Origin: Parachlamydiales bacterium
GTDB taxonomy: Bacteria > Chlamydiota > Chlamydiia > Chlamydiales > JABDDJ01
Assembly (NCBI GenBank): GCA_041671045.1
Contig: JBAZCF010000002.1
Coordinates: 213,370 to 277,369 of the forward strand
Direction of reading: 5' to 3'
DNA length: 64,000 nt
A program made the position numbers and the translations under genes. Numbering within the stretch: position 1 is the stretch's first letter; the number at the start of each line of letters is the position of its first letter. The notes under the pieces are model-generated. The model did not search any database. It saw only the letters and a program-made list of their open reading frames with translations, and was not told the DNA's origin. Shown here one piece after another: positions 47,178-56,800 of the stretch.

Positions 47178-48755
47178 ATGACCACAGATTTAAATACTTC
47201 TGCGGGTGGCAGCCAGTACAATCCAGACGACAGCTTTCAATTTAATCCCTCCACTGACGTAGACAATACAGGAACTGTACAAGCTCCGGCGGCTCCCCCC
47301 AGCGGCCCGGCCGCTCCGCAAGGCCCCGTTGACACTTTAGAACAAAGCGACGCTGTTGCTGAAGGCAGTAGCCCGGAAGCAGCCGCCCCTAAATTAGATC
47401 AACCTGAAGTTCAACAAGCGATCTTGTCCAGCAGCGATGCATTGAAATTTGCTCTGATGAGCAATTTCATGAATATCTTTTCCAGCGGCAACAATCAAAA
47501 TATTCAAATGGATGAGTCTTCTCTGCATAAAGCTTCGGGAATGTATGATTTTAGTAATCTTCAAGCGATGGATATGGATTTCAATAAAGCTATCAATGAC
47601 ATCATTTCGGATAGCTGGAAAAAATTTAATGAGGTGAATAAAGAGTTAGCCCAACGCGATCAAGACTACCTAAAATCCAATACTAAGGCTTACTTAGATT
47701 ATATTGGTTCAGCTCAATATGACGCTAAAAAACAAGCTATAGAAGATTCTGATTCCGATATTTATAAGAAAAACCAAGGCTTAGCCCAATTCGAGGCTTT
47801 TTATCTTTCCCTACCGCCAAACGCTAAACAAGATTTAGTCACCTCTGTTCAAAATAATAAGGATATCCCTGACACTGTCACGAATAATTTGCTTTCTTCC
47901 AATTTAGCAGTCTTTGGAAATGCCTATCAAGAGGCGACAAAAGACGATTTACAGGCTAATAATGCACAGTTTGTCGTCACTGCAGCTATGCTCAATGCAG
48001 GGGCAATCTTAGCGCATCCTGTGAATTTGGATAATATTTCCAGTGATCAGATAAGCACCAAACTATTGTCAGATCAGGTGGTGAATGCAAATTCCAATAC
48101 GACAAACAATGCGATGCCTGTCGTGGGCTTTGATGCGAATACCTTGACAGCTGTGGCATATTTAAGTGCTATAATGGTTACTTCACCATTAATATTAAGC
48201 GCATTTCAAAACGTTGCTGCAGCTAAGGCAGAAGGCAAACCTGCGGAAGAGGCTAAAGATGTGGATTTTGCGAAGAAATACGCGCAGAATATCTCTTCAT
48301 TCGTCAATTCTAAGGGATTTGAAGCAGCTGTCATTGCTGTCATTACACAACGTTCAGGTGAGAGCGGACAGGCTGACAATGATCAGAAACAGGATGTCGT
48401 GTCACGTTTACGTGTGATAATGTTAGCCACGGCTCTAGTTTTACTGAATAAGGCATTTAGCGAGGGTATTGGAGGTAAGGAGGTCCGGGAGCATATTGAA
48501 CATCCCGAAACTTTGATCGACCCTACCTCTAATAAAGCTAAAAACCCTGTGATAGGGGATATAGAATATTCCCTTGCAAGAGACATCAATAGTTATTTGC
48601 CCAAAGATGCCTCAGCGAGAGAGAAACTGTTAAGTGATATTGAAATCTATTTTGACAGCAGCCCTTCCAAAGAAGAACTTGTGGAAAATAACACTGCGAT
48701 CAAAGGAGCATTCACTGAGTTTACTCCTAATGGAAGCACGGAGGTGCAAGGTTAG
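47178..48755 (+). CDS. Hypothetical protein (525 aa) with a disordered Pro/Ala-rich N-terminus and central hydrophobic segments
   Basis: The N-terminus is Ser/Thr/Asn-rich and then proline-rich (APAAPPSGPAAPQGP). Hydrophobic stretches include LTAVAYLSAIMVTSPLILSAFQNVAAA and LRVIMLATALVLLNKAF. I recognise no family. Confidence 0.75.
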   Translation: MTTDLNTSAGGSQYNPDDSFQFNPSTDVDNTGTVQAPAAPPSGPAAPQGPVDTLEQSDAVAEGSSPEAAAPKLDQPEVQQAILSSSDALKFALMSNFMNIFSSGNNQNIQMDESSLHKASGMYDFSNLQAMDMDFNKAINDIISDSWKKFNEVNKELAQRDQDYLKSNTKAYLDYIGSAQYDAKKQAIEDSDSDIYKKNQGLAQFEAFYLSLPPNAKQDLVTSVQNNKDIPDTVTNNLLSSNLAVFGNAYQEATKDDLQANNAQFVVTAAMLNAGAILAHPVNLDNISSDQISTKLLSDQVVNANSNTTNNAMPVVGFDANTLTAVAYLSAIMVTSPLILSAFQNVAAAKAEGKPAEEAKDVDFAKKYAQNISSFVNSKGFEAAVIAVITQRSGESGQADNDQKQDVVSRLRVIMLATALVLLNKAFSEGIGGKEVREHIEHPETLIDPTSNKAKNPVIGDIEYSLARDINSYLPKDASAREKLLSDIEIYFDSSPSKEELVENNTAIKGAFTEFTPNGSTEVQG

Positions 48756-50029
48756 GAATAATAGCACTCGATAAGCTTTGTCATTGCAGCTTGGTCGCTG
48801 CAGGCGATGAGTTCGCGTGCAGAATGCATGGATAATTGTGGAATGCCGATGTCAACTGTTGGCATTCCTGTTAAATTCGCGTGGATGGGTCCAATCGTTG
48901 ATCCTGAAGAAAGATCCCCTCTTCCAACCAATTCCTGAAAAGGTATTTTATTTTTTCCGCATAGCGCTTTAATGTATCCTGCTGTAGCAGCTGTGGAAGC
49001 ATAACGTTGCTGTGCGCTGTATTTAAGGGTGATCCCTTGCCCTAATTTAACTTTATGCTGGGGTTCATGCTTATCAGCATAGTTGGGATGGACGCCATGT
49101 CCTAAGTCTACCGATACGCAGAGGGAGGAAGAGACAATGCGTAAGTAATCGGCGCGAGTACCATTCAGTGCATAAATCAGACGTTCTACTGTTTCAGAGA
49201 AGAATGGGGAAGAAGCTCCCTGTGCAGTTGCAGAGCCTATCTCTTCATTGTCCCAAAAGGCGCAAAGCTTAAGCGTGTTTTCGGCAGGGGTTGAAGACGC
49301 TAAAAAAGCCTCTAAAATGGAGTGGACGCTGCATAGACTGTCGATACGATAAGCGGCGAGCATCTCTTTTTTTGGTCCTACAAATGCGGGGGGCTCTATA
49401 GGATACAAGAATAAGTCGCTGCTAAGGATATCCTTCACTCCTAAGAGCTTACTTAAATAGAGTCCTGCCTCTTTATCATCTTTACAATCGAGTTTTGCTA
49501 GAGCAGCCAAATGATTTTGTTTATGTAAAACTAGCCCTTGGGTATTGACGTCGCGATCAAGGTGGATAGCCAGCTGGGGGATGACGACAGGCGAGTCTGC
49601 GATATTGACTAGAGTCTCCACCAGACTATTGTTTTTACCACGTGAGAAAATTCTTCCTGCAATGCCTAAATCGCGGTTAAGCCAGGAGTTTAATAACGGA
49701 CCCCCGTAGATATCGACACCTAGCATCAGCATGCCTTCCTTGACAAAGGGTGCATTAGGCTTAAGCTTAAAAGCAGGGCTGTCAGTATGCGAGGCGGCAA
49801 CTTTAGCTGAATGGATGGCTTTGCGCGGAATAACAAAGGCAATCAGCGAGGACCCGTCGCGGACAACATAGTATCCTTTGCCGTGCTTTAGTTTCCATGT
49901 CTCGCTTTCATGCAGAGGCGTAAATCCACGCTTATCCAGCTGCTGACGCATATTAGCTACAGCGTGCCAAGCGGTAGGAGAGCCTTGTAGGAATGTGATC
50001 AGTTTTTGCATGTCTAGTAGATGCGGCAT
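48752..50029 (-). CDS. M18-family aspartyl aminopeptidase
   Basis: The motifs SHTDSPAFKLKP, WDNEEIGS, SVDLGHGVHPNY and QLSMHSARE are present. Its stop codon overlaps the stop of the convergent 525-aa gene (TTAG, 48752-48755). Confidence 0.85.
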   Translation of the reverse strand: MPHLLDMQKLITFLQGSPTAWHAVANMRQQLDKRGFTPLHESETWKLKHGKGYYVVRDGSSLIAFVIPRKAIHSAKVAASHTDSPAFKLKPNAPFVKEGMLMLGVDIYGGPLLNSWLNRDLGIAGRIFSRGKNNSLVETLVNIADSPVVIPQLAIHLDRDVNTQGLVLHKQNHLAALAKLDCKDDKEAGLYLSKLLGVKDILSSDLFLYPIEPPAFVGPKKEMLAAYRIDSLCSVHSILEAFLASSTPAENTLKLCAFWDNEEIGSATAQGASSPFFSETVERLIYALNGTRADYLRIVSSSLCVSVDLGHGVHPNYADKHEPQHKVKLGQGITLKYSAQQRYASTAATAGYIKALCGKNKIPFQELVGRGDLSSGSTIGPIHANLTGMPTVDIGIPQLSMHSARELIACSDQAAMTKLIECYYS

Positions 50030-52593
50030 TTATCGTGTTCTCTGTACTCGTATTGGATCCTATCTAGGATCTCGGAATCCATCTTGCAAGGTTCTATCTG
50101 CCAAATATTTTTGCAATAGTTTTCGATAGAGACATCGGTGGAGAATTTACCCATTCCTGCGATATTGTGTATAGCAATTTTTGCCCAGTTCATAGGATCT
50201 TGATAATACTCTTCTACTTTCTTTTGCGTATCGTAGTAGCTTTGTAAGTCATACAGCATGAAATATCGGTCCGGTGCCCCGCCATAGTGCCCTTCGATCA
50301 GCTTGTGGTAGAGGTCGCTGAAGTCTTGGTGCTCTTGCTCGTTTGTAGCAAAAGTATGATCCCTTAAGGAGTCTATAGCGCGTTTAATTTTAGGGTTTTT
50401 CTCGTAGATTGCCCGTGGATTATACTGTCCTCCTGCACGCAGAGCTGCTATCTCTTCTGTCGTTGCTCCAAAGGAGAACGGCCACCATTCATCGCCCACC
50501 TCCTCATGCATCTCAATATTCGCCCCGTCATGTGTGCCTATCGTTAAAGCGCCATTGATGGATAGCTTCATATTACCTGTGCCGGAGGCTTCCGTTCCTG
50601 CTGTGGAAATCTGTTCTGATAAGTCTGCTGCAGGGATGATATATTCGGCTTTGGAAACGTTGTAATTCTCTACATAGACGACCTTTAGCATGCCATTGAT
50701 ATTAGGATCGCGGTTGACTTTGCGGCCGATTGCGTAGATGAAACGAATGATGTCTTTTGCCGTCACATAGCTGGCTGCAGCTTTCCCTGCGAAAATGGCC
50801 GTCCTCTTTATTCTGTTATGGTGGGGATTGTCCAACATCTCAAAATAGATCATCACTAAGTGAAGTGCATTTAATAGCTGACGTTTATACTCGTGTATGC
50901 GCTTGATTTGCACATCAAAGAGCGAGTTGACATCGATTAGGGGGGCACCGCTCACAAATCTTCCACGGTTATCCCTCAACCTATTGCGTGCATTCAGGAA
51001 GTCTACAAAACGCTGTTTGTTCTTATGCTTGATGGTGATGAATTCTTCTAAGGAAGCGTGGTCGTCAGCAAATTTCTCCAACTCCCTAATTTTAGGGAAG
51101 TTCGTTATCCACTCGTTGCCGATGCGATTAGTGATAAACCGTGCTAGCTCAGGATTGCACAAAAGCAACCAACGACGCTGCGTCACCCCGTTAGTCACAT
51201 TGGTAAATCTTTCAGGGTAGATATCATAGAAATCTTTGAACACCTTAGTCTTTAAGATGCTGCTATGGAGCGCTGCTACCCCATTGATGCTATGCGAGCC
51301 GACGATGGCAAGATTGGCCATTCTGACTTTACCTTGCTCAAGAATAGACATACGCTGGATTTTTTCTTCATCTTTAGGGAAGGCTTGCCTGATGTTGCTG
51401 AGGAAGTCATAGTTCAACCTTTCCACAATGCGGTATTGGCGGGGTAAAAGGTAGGAAAATAACTGCTGGTCCCACTGCTCCAATGCTTCGCTCAAGATGG
51501 TGTGATTTGTATAACCCGTACAAGTACGGGTTATATCTACTGCCATCTTCCAGGGAATATCATAATCTTTTGTTAAAATGCGGATCAACTCCGGAATCAC
51601 TAGTGTCGGGTGCGTGTCGTTGATCTGAATACGTACCTTGTCGGAGAATGAACGGAAATTTTCATGATGCGCTAGATAATGACGGATAATATCCTGCAGA
51701 GAAGCTGAAACTAACAGGAATTCCTGCTTTAAACGTATCCGCTGACCTATCTCATGATTGTCACTAGGATAAAGGACGTCGTTCAGTGCCGTATTCTCCG
51801 TAGCCTGATCCAAACGCCCCGCATTATAACTCTGTAAGTGGAAGTTATTGGGCGAATCTTTAGTCGTCCATAAACGCAGTGTCAAAACGGAAAAATCATT
51901 GTTGGGACTGTAGCCTACAATAGGGAAATCATAAGGCATCGCCCAGACTTCGTCAGGATTCTCTAAGGACATAATCTCATCGCCATGGATATTCTGGGTG
52001 GAGATGGTCTTCCCGCCATACTTGATGGTTACTTTACGTAAATCCCGACGGAATTCCCACGGGTTCTCACTGATTAGCCAGCAATCCGGCGCCTCAATCT
52101 GCAAACCATCCCATAGCTGCTGCTCAAATAATCCATACTGATACCTTAATCCATACGCCACTGCCGGATAATGATGGGTAGCCAAGGAATCTAGGAAACA
52201 GGATGCTAACCTCCCCAAACCTCCATTGCCCAATCCCGGGTCAGACTCGCAAAACATGATGTCCTGCAAGTTGCGGTTTAGCTTCACTAACGCACCCTTG
52301 ACAATATCCATGGCACAGATGTTCGTAAGGTTATTGATGAAGATCCTTCCAGGTAAATACTCCATAGAAAGGTAAAAAAGCTTGCGCACGTTAAATTTAT
52401 CCATCGATCGTGTCGTCGCCAGCCACCGGATCATTATCTCTTCACGCAAGGCATAAGACAACGCACGATAAACTTCATCAGAGTTCGCTTCCTCCGACGA
52501 CTTTCCCATCGTAGTTATCAAATAATGCTTAGTTTTTGCGGCCAACATCTCCGCCTGATACTCTAAATCTAATCCACTACCTGACGTTGTCAT
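50014..52593 (-). CDS. glgP: Glycogen phosphorylase
   Basis: The sequence matches the family over its full length, including the PLP-lysine region ISTAGTEASGTGNMKLSINGALTIGTHDGANIEM. The 3' end overlaps the start of the M18 gene by 16 nt. Confidence 0.95.
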   Translation of the reverse strand: MTTSGSGLDLEYQAEMLAAKTKHYLITTMGKSSEEANSDEVYRALSYALREEIMIRWLATTRSMDKFNVRKLFYLSMEYLPGRIFINNLTNICAMDIVKGALVKLNRNLQDIMFCESDPGLGNGGLGRLASCFLDSLATHHYPAVAYGLRYQYGLFEQQLWDGLQIEAPDCWLISENPWEFRRDLRKVTIKYGGKTISTQNIHGDEIMSLENPDEVWAMPYDFPIVGYSPNNDFSVLTLRLWTTKDSPNNFHLQSYNAGRLDQATENTALNDVLYPSDNHEIGQRIRLKQEFLLVSASLQDIIRHYLAHHENFRSFSDKVRIQINDTHPTLVIPELIRILTKDYDIPWKMAVDITRTCTGYTNHTILSEALEQWDQQLFSYLLPRQYRIVERLNYDFLSNIRQAFPKDEEKIQRMSILEQGKVRMANLAIVGSHSINGVAALHSSILKTKVFKDFYDIYPERFTNVTNGVTQRRWLLLCNPELARFITNRIGNEWITNFPKIRELEKFADDHASLEEFITIKHKNKQRFVDFLNARNRLRDNRGRFVSGAPLIDVNSLFDVQIKRIHEYKRQLLNALHLVMIYFEMLDNPHHNRIKRTAIFAGKAAASYVTAKDIIRFIYAIGRKVNRDPNINGMLKVVYVENYNVSKAEYIIPAADLSEQISTAGTEASGTGNMKLSINGALTIGTHDGANIEMHEEVGDEWWPFSFGATTEEIAALRAGGQYNPRAIYEKNPKIKRAIDSLRDHTFATNEQEHQDFSDLYHKLIEGHYGGAPDRYFMLYDLQSYYDTQKKVEEYYQDPMNWAKIAIHNIAGMGKFSTDVSIENYCKNIWQIEPCKMDSEILDRIQYEYREHDKCRIY

Positions 52594-52695
52594 AACTACC
52601 TACTCTTTTATCATCCCCACTTGATACGATAACTTTATTTTCTCTGCAAAAAAATAAACAAAGTTTAATTTATATTTGTCACTCCGGAGACCTCC

Positions 52696-52869
52696 ATGAA
52701 AAATAACTTTTTCCCCTACCTCGCCACCGCCGCCTTCACTTCTTTCATCACTATCCTCATCGTTGTCGTGGGCATCTCCTACTCCCGCCGCCACGGCCGC
52801 ACTCCCATCGATATGGCCCAAATGCAACAACTCCGCGAAAATGCCTCCAACGAAGCTGCAATGAAATGA
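52696..52869 (+). CDS. Unannotated 57-aa single-TM protein, translationally coupled to the downstream DsbD_2-like gene
   Basis: My own translation is MKNNFFPYLATAAFTSFITILIVVVGISYSRRHGRTPIDMAQMQQLRENASNEAAMK. GGAGA lies 5 nt upstream of the ATG. The stop overlaps the next start as ATGA (52866-52869). It has the same C-ending codon style as its neighbour. It falls below the 60-aa cut-off of the ORF track. Confidence 0.55.
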   Translation: MKNNFFPYLATAAFTSFITILIVVVGISYSRRHGRTPIDMAQMQQLRENASNEAAMK

Positions 52870-53528
52870 CCCTCCTTCTCTCTATGCTCCCTATATATAT
52901 TCTAGGAAACCTCCACTGCATCGGCATGTGCGGCCCTCTCGTTATGATGATCGGTAAACACAACTACAGAAACTGGTACTTCGCAGGGCGCATCACCTCC
53001 TTCACTCTCATCGCCACACTCGCCGCCTCACTAGGCAGCGTCCTGACTATCTTCCTTAACCAATACAACCTAGGCGCCCTCCTATCCCTCCTCTTCGGCA
53101 TCGCCTTCATCTCCTACGGCATCCTCAAACTTTTTAACTTCTCACTCCATATCCCCGGACCCAACCTAGGAAAATACATAGCACCCCTCATCCTCAAAGA
53201 CTCTCCCAAATACTCTTTCTCCTTCGGACTCTCCACAGTTCTCCTCCCCTGCGGACAATCCCTCCTCGTCTTCTCCGCCTGCGCCCTCTCCGGCGACACC
53301 CTCACCGGCTTCATCAACGGCGCCGCCTTCTCCCTCCTCACCACTCCCTCACTCCTCCTCGCTATGCACGCCCACAAACTCCTTTCCTTCGGAAAGAAAT
53401 ACTACAACCAACTCCTAGCCCTAGCTTCCATCATCGCCGGCTCCATCGCTCTCCTCCGCTCCCTCGCTGACCTTAACCTCATCCCACACCTCACACTCTC
53501 CCAATCCCTCCACATCACCATCTTCTAG
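52866..53528 (+). CDS. Polytopic membrane protein with HCxxMCGP and LLPCG motifs (DsbD_2 / TauE-SafE-like)
   Basis: GNLHCIGMCGPLV and VLLPCGQSLL lie within about 6 predicted TM helices. This motif pair is characteristic of the DsbD_2-type family as I recall it. Confidence 0.75.
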   Translation: MTLLLSMLPIYILGNLHCIGMCGPLVMMIGKHNYRNWYFAGRITSFTLIATLAASLGSVLTIFLNQYNLGALLSLLFGIAFISYGILKLFNFSLHIPGPNLGKYIAPLILKDSPKYSFSFGLSTVLLPCGQSLLVFSACALSGDTLTGFINGAAFSLLTTPSLLLAMHAHKLLSFGKKYYNQLLALASIIAGSIALLRSLADLNLIPHLTLSQSLHITIF

Positions 53529-53862
53529 CAGGGGGCGCTGCCCCCTGCACCCCCGCCAAAAGACTGCGTCCTTTGGAATCCGCGCGTTGAGTTGTTAGGC
53601 TTGGAACTTTGTGACCATTAATTAATTTGTGGGATATTAATAGAGGTTAAATTAGAGATTTAATTAAAAATTAAAAATTAAAAATTAAAAATTAAAAATT
53701 AAAAATTAAAAATTAAAAATTAAAAATTAAAAATTTGGATAACTCTGCAATAATATTTCTGAATTATTTGTTGTGAAAAAGAACTATGAGCCAGCGATAG
53801 CTACTCGCGGATTCCAAAGGACGCAGTCTTTTGGCGGGGGTGCAGGGGGCAGCGCCCCCTGC
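53528..53862. repeat. MITE-like element B: perfect 57-bp inverted arms around a 221-bp AT-rich core containing a heptamer array
   Basis: 53528-53584 is the exact reverse complement of 53806-53862; I checked this base by base. The sequence is (G)CAGGGGGCGCTGCCCCCTGCACCCCCGCCAAAAGACTGCGTCCTTTGGAATCCGCG. The arms abut the TAG stops of the two convergent genes. Confidence 0.9.
53664..53733. repeat. Tandem heptanucleotide repeat (TTAAAAA) x10, perfect
   Basis: I counted the repeat directly. TT dinucleotides fall at 53664, 53671, 53678 and so on up to 53727, with strict 7-bp spacing. Confidence 0.95.
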
Positions 53863-53865
53863 CTG

Positions 53866-56800
53866 CTATGCGTTGACGGCGTAGGTGTTAGAGAACTCCA
53901 TGGAGAGTAGTTTAGAGACGCCTTTTTCTTGCATGGAGACGCCGTAGAGGCGATCGGCGATGGCCATGGTGCGTTTGTTGTGAGTGATGATGATGAACTG
54001 GCAGCGGTCGATGAATTGTTTGACGACGTTGAGGAAGCGTTCGACGTTGGAGTCGTCTAGGGGGGCGTCGATTTCGTCTAGGATGCAGTAAGGTGAGGGT
54101 TTGACTTCGAAGATGGCGAAGAGTAGGGCCATGGCTGTGAGGCATTTTTCGCCGCCGGAGAGGAGGCTGATGGAGCGCATTTGTTTGCCTGGGGGTTTAG
54201 CGGAGATTTCGATACCGGCTTCGAGTAGGTCATCGTTGTCGACGAATTGGAGGTCGGCTTCGCCGCCATTGAATAGGATGGCGAAGTTTTTTTGGAAGTT
54301 GGTGCGTATGGCGTTGAAAGTTTCTTCGAAGAGTTTGCGGGATTGGGAGTCGAGTTCTTGGATGACTTTAGCAAGTTCATTTTTAGAGAGTTTTAGGTCA
54401 TTGATTTGAGAGGAGAGGAAGTCGCTGCGTTGTTTATCTTGGGAGCATTCCTCGATGGCTAGCATGTTGATATTCTGAGTGGAGTCTAGTTCTTGTTTGA
54501 GCGTTTTGAGTTGTTTTTCTGTTTGAGGAATATCCTCGAGGAGAGGGGAGTTGGGAGTGAATTCGTCGTTATATTTTTCTTTGTAGGCGGAGGTGAGAGT
54601 TTCTTGCAGGGTGGAGAGTTGGGAGGCTTGGACTTGGAGTTTGTGTTTATCGTTTTCAATAGATTTCAGGTTTTGTTCATTCGAGAGCAGTTTTTTCTCG
54701 AGATTTTCGGCTTCTTGTTTAGCGTCAGCAGTATTTTTTTCTAGAGTTTGGCAAGAGGTTTCCAGTTTGAGGACGAGTTTTTGCACAGTTTCAATCTGGT
54801 CGGTGGTGTCGGTATTATTTTCGCAGAGGGAGTCTAGAGCTTCTTTGGCTTGAGAGATTTCGAGGTGAAGTTTTTTTATGTTTTGGCTGATCTCGTGTTT
54901 TTTTAGGGAGAGGACTTCGAGAGAGTGTTGTTGTTGCCTTTCTTTGGCGTAGGCTTCTTGCCAGCATTTGCGTGCGTTTTCAAAGTTGGCTTGTTCTTTT
55001 TTTACGATGAGGAAGAGTTCATCGAGGAGAGTGGATTGATGTTGGGAGGTAGTTTCAGAGAGTTTAAGTTGCTTTTCTAGTGAAGCGACGGAAGAAGCTA
55101 GGTCTTCGCAGCGTAGTGAGCTTTCGACAATAGCTTCGCGAGTTTTATTTTGTTCGGCTTTTAGGATATTGAATTCATCTTCGATACGTTTGGCGTCGGC
55201 TTGGTGTCTGAGGAGTGCGTAGTTGACTTCGACGAGTTTCATTTCGGTGGTGCGCATTTCCTTGTCGAGGGAGGTGCGTTTGATTTGTGTTTCGGAGAGC
55301 CTTTCTTGGTGGAGGCGCTGTTGTTGGCTGTGTTGGATTTTGCGGTGTTCAAGGGAGTCGATCTGCTCTTGCAGGGAGGTGATTTCGGCTTCGCGCATGA
55401 AAGAGTTGCCTTCGCGGCGCGGTTCGTAGAAGAGGACGCGTTTGTGGTCGATGAGAGCACCTTCGTTGGACCAGGCGGGAGTATGGAGGGAGAGGGCTTC
55501 ATCGAGGGTATTGACGATTTTAAGGTTGTCCAAAAAATGGTGGGTGAGGTTACTGTGTGGGGCGTCTTCAGCGCAGAAGAGGGTTACATCGGTCAGTTGG
55601 TGTTTTTTTATGTAGGCGAGGGTAAGGTTAAGGTCTTCTTTTGTGGCGACGACAAGAGTTTGTCCGTAAGGCTGCAGAGCGGCGGCGGCGGCTCTCTCTT
55701 GTCCCGGTGGAGGGGAGATAAGCTCGTAGAGGGGGGTGATTTTACCGTAGAGAGTATTCTTGGGTTGTGCGCTATCTTCCAGAAGACGTTTGCATCCTGG
55801 GGAGAAGCTGTCGAGGGCGGAGCGCAGTTCTTGCAAAGTGTGCAGGCGGGTTTGGAGTGTTGCGCTTTCTTTGACAAGTGTTTCACCGTCGGCCTGGCCG
55901 GTAGCTAGGGAGTCTTTAATTTCATTGTAGAGGTTGTCGAGGGTGTCGAGTTGTCCTTTGTAGGTGTCGATAGTGTCAGAAAGCTTTTTTAGTTCATCGG
56001 CACGGATTTTCTGTTTATCTTGAGTTTCCTTTTTCTGTTGCTCTAGGTTGGAGACTTTATCTTCGAGTGGGGGGAGGCGTTCATTTAAGGCTTCGATACG
56101 AGCTTGGAGTTGTTTCCATTCGGCTTGTTTAGAGCTGTGGCTTTGAGTTAGGGCTAAGCGGCTCTTTTGAGATTCGTCTTGGCTGCGGCGGGTGTCTTCC
56201 AGTTCTTGGGATTTTTCGTCGAAGCGGACTTGTGCTTCATCGAGGGTGCTGCGGAGCTCTGTCAGGCTGGAGCGCAGTTCGCCATGCGCATCATTTTGTT
56301 CACCTTGTTCTTCGGTATTTTTTTCATTTTGGACAGCTAGCGCCTGCAGGTCTTGTCCCCAGCGGGCAATTTGGTGTTGGAGTTCTTCACGCCGTTTGGC
56401 CATATGGCTGCGGTCGCGTAGGAAGAGGTCGCGTTCGTTCCGTTTGGCGTACATCTCGGCAGAGCGTTCCTTCCAAGCTTGTTCGCAGTCGTGGGCTTTA
56501 ATACGGGCTTGGTGAAGTTCTTGGCGTGCGGAGGAGATTTCAGCAGTGAGTTTTTCCAGTCTTTCTGATAGGGATGTTTCCTCAGAAGCAAGCTGTTGGA
56601 GGCGTTGTTTTCCTGTGGCCCATTTTGTTGTCATCAGTTGTTTTTCGAGCAGTTCAAAGAGGGCTTTCCGTTCCTTATAGGCAATGGCGCTGGCAGCTTG
56701 TTGTTCCAAAACGGCGATGCGTTGAGACACCTCTCTAAGGATATCTTCGACACGGGAGAGGTTAAGGTCGGTTTGTTCCAGTTTACGGAGGGCTTCCCTT

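Noticed and set aside
52600-52963. Minus-strand ORFs 52600-52830 (76 aa) and 52757-52963 (68 aa).
   Set aside because: The plus-strand reading is more coherent: a 57-aa TM protein with an SD and ATGA coupling, followed by the DsbD_2-like gene. The minus-strand products are Gly/Arg-rich antisense artefacts of C-rich coding sequence.
53641-53740. The regularly spaced short repeats might have been a CRISPR array.
   Set aside because: The period is only 7 bp, there are no spacers, and no cas genes are nearby. It is a simple heptanucleotide microsatellite.
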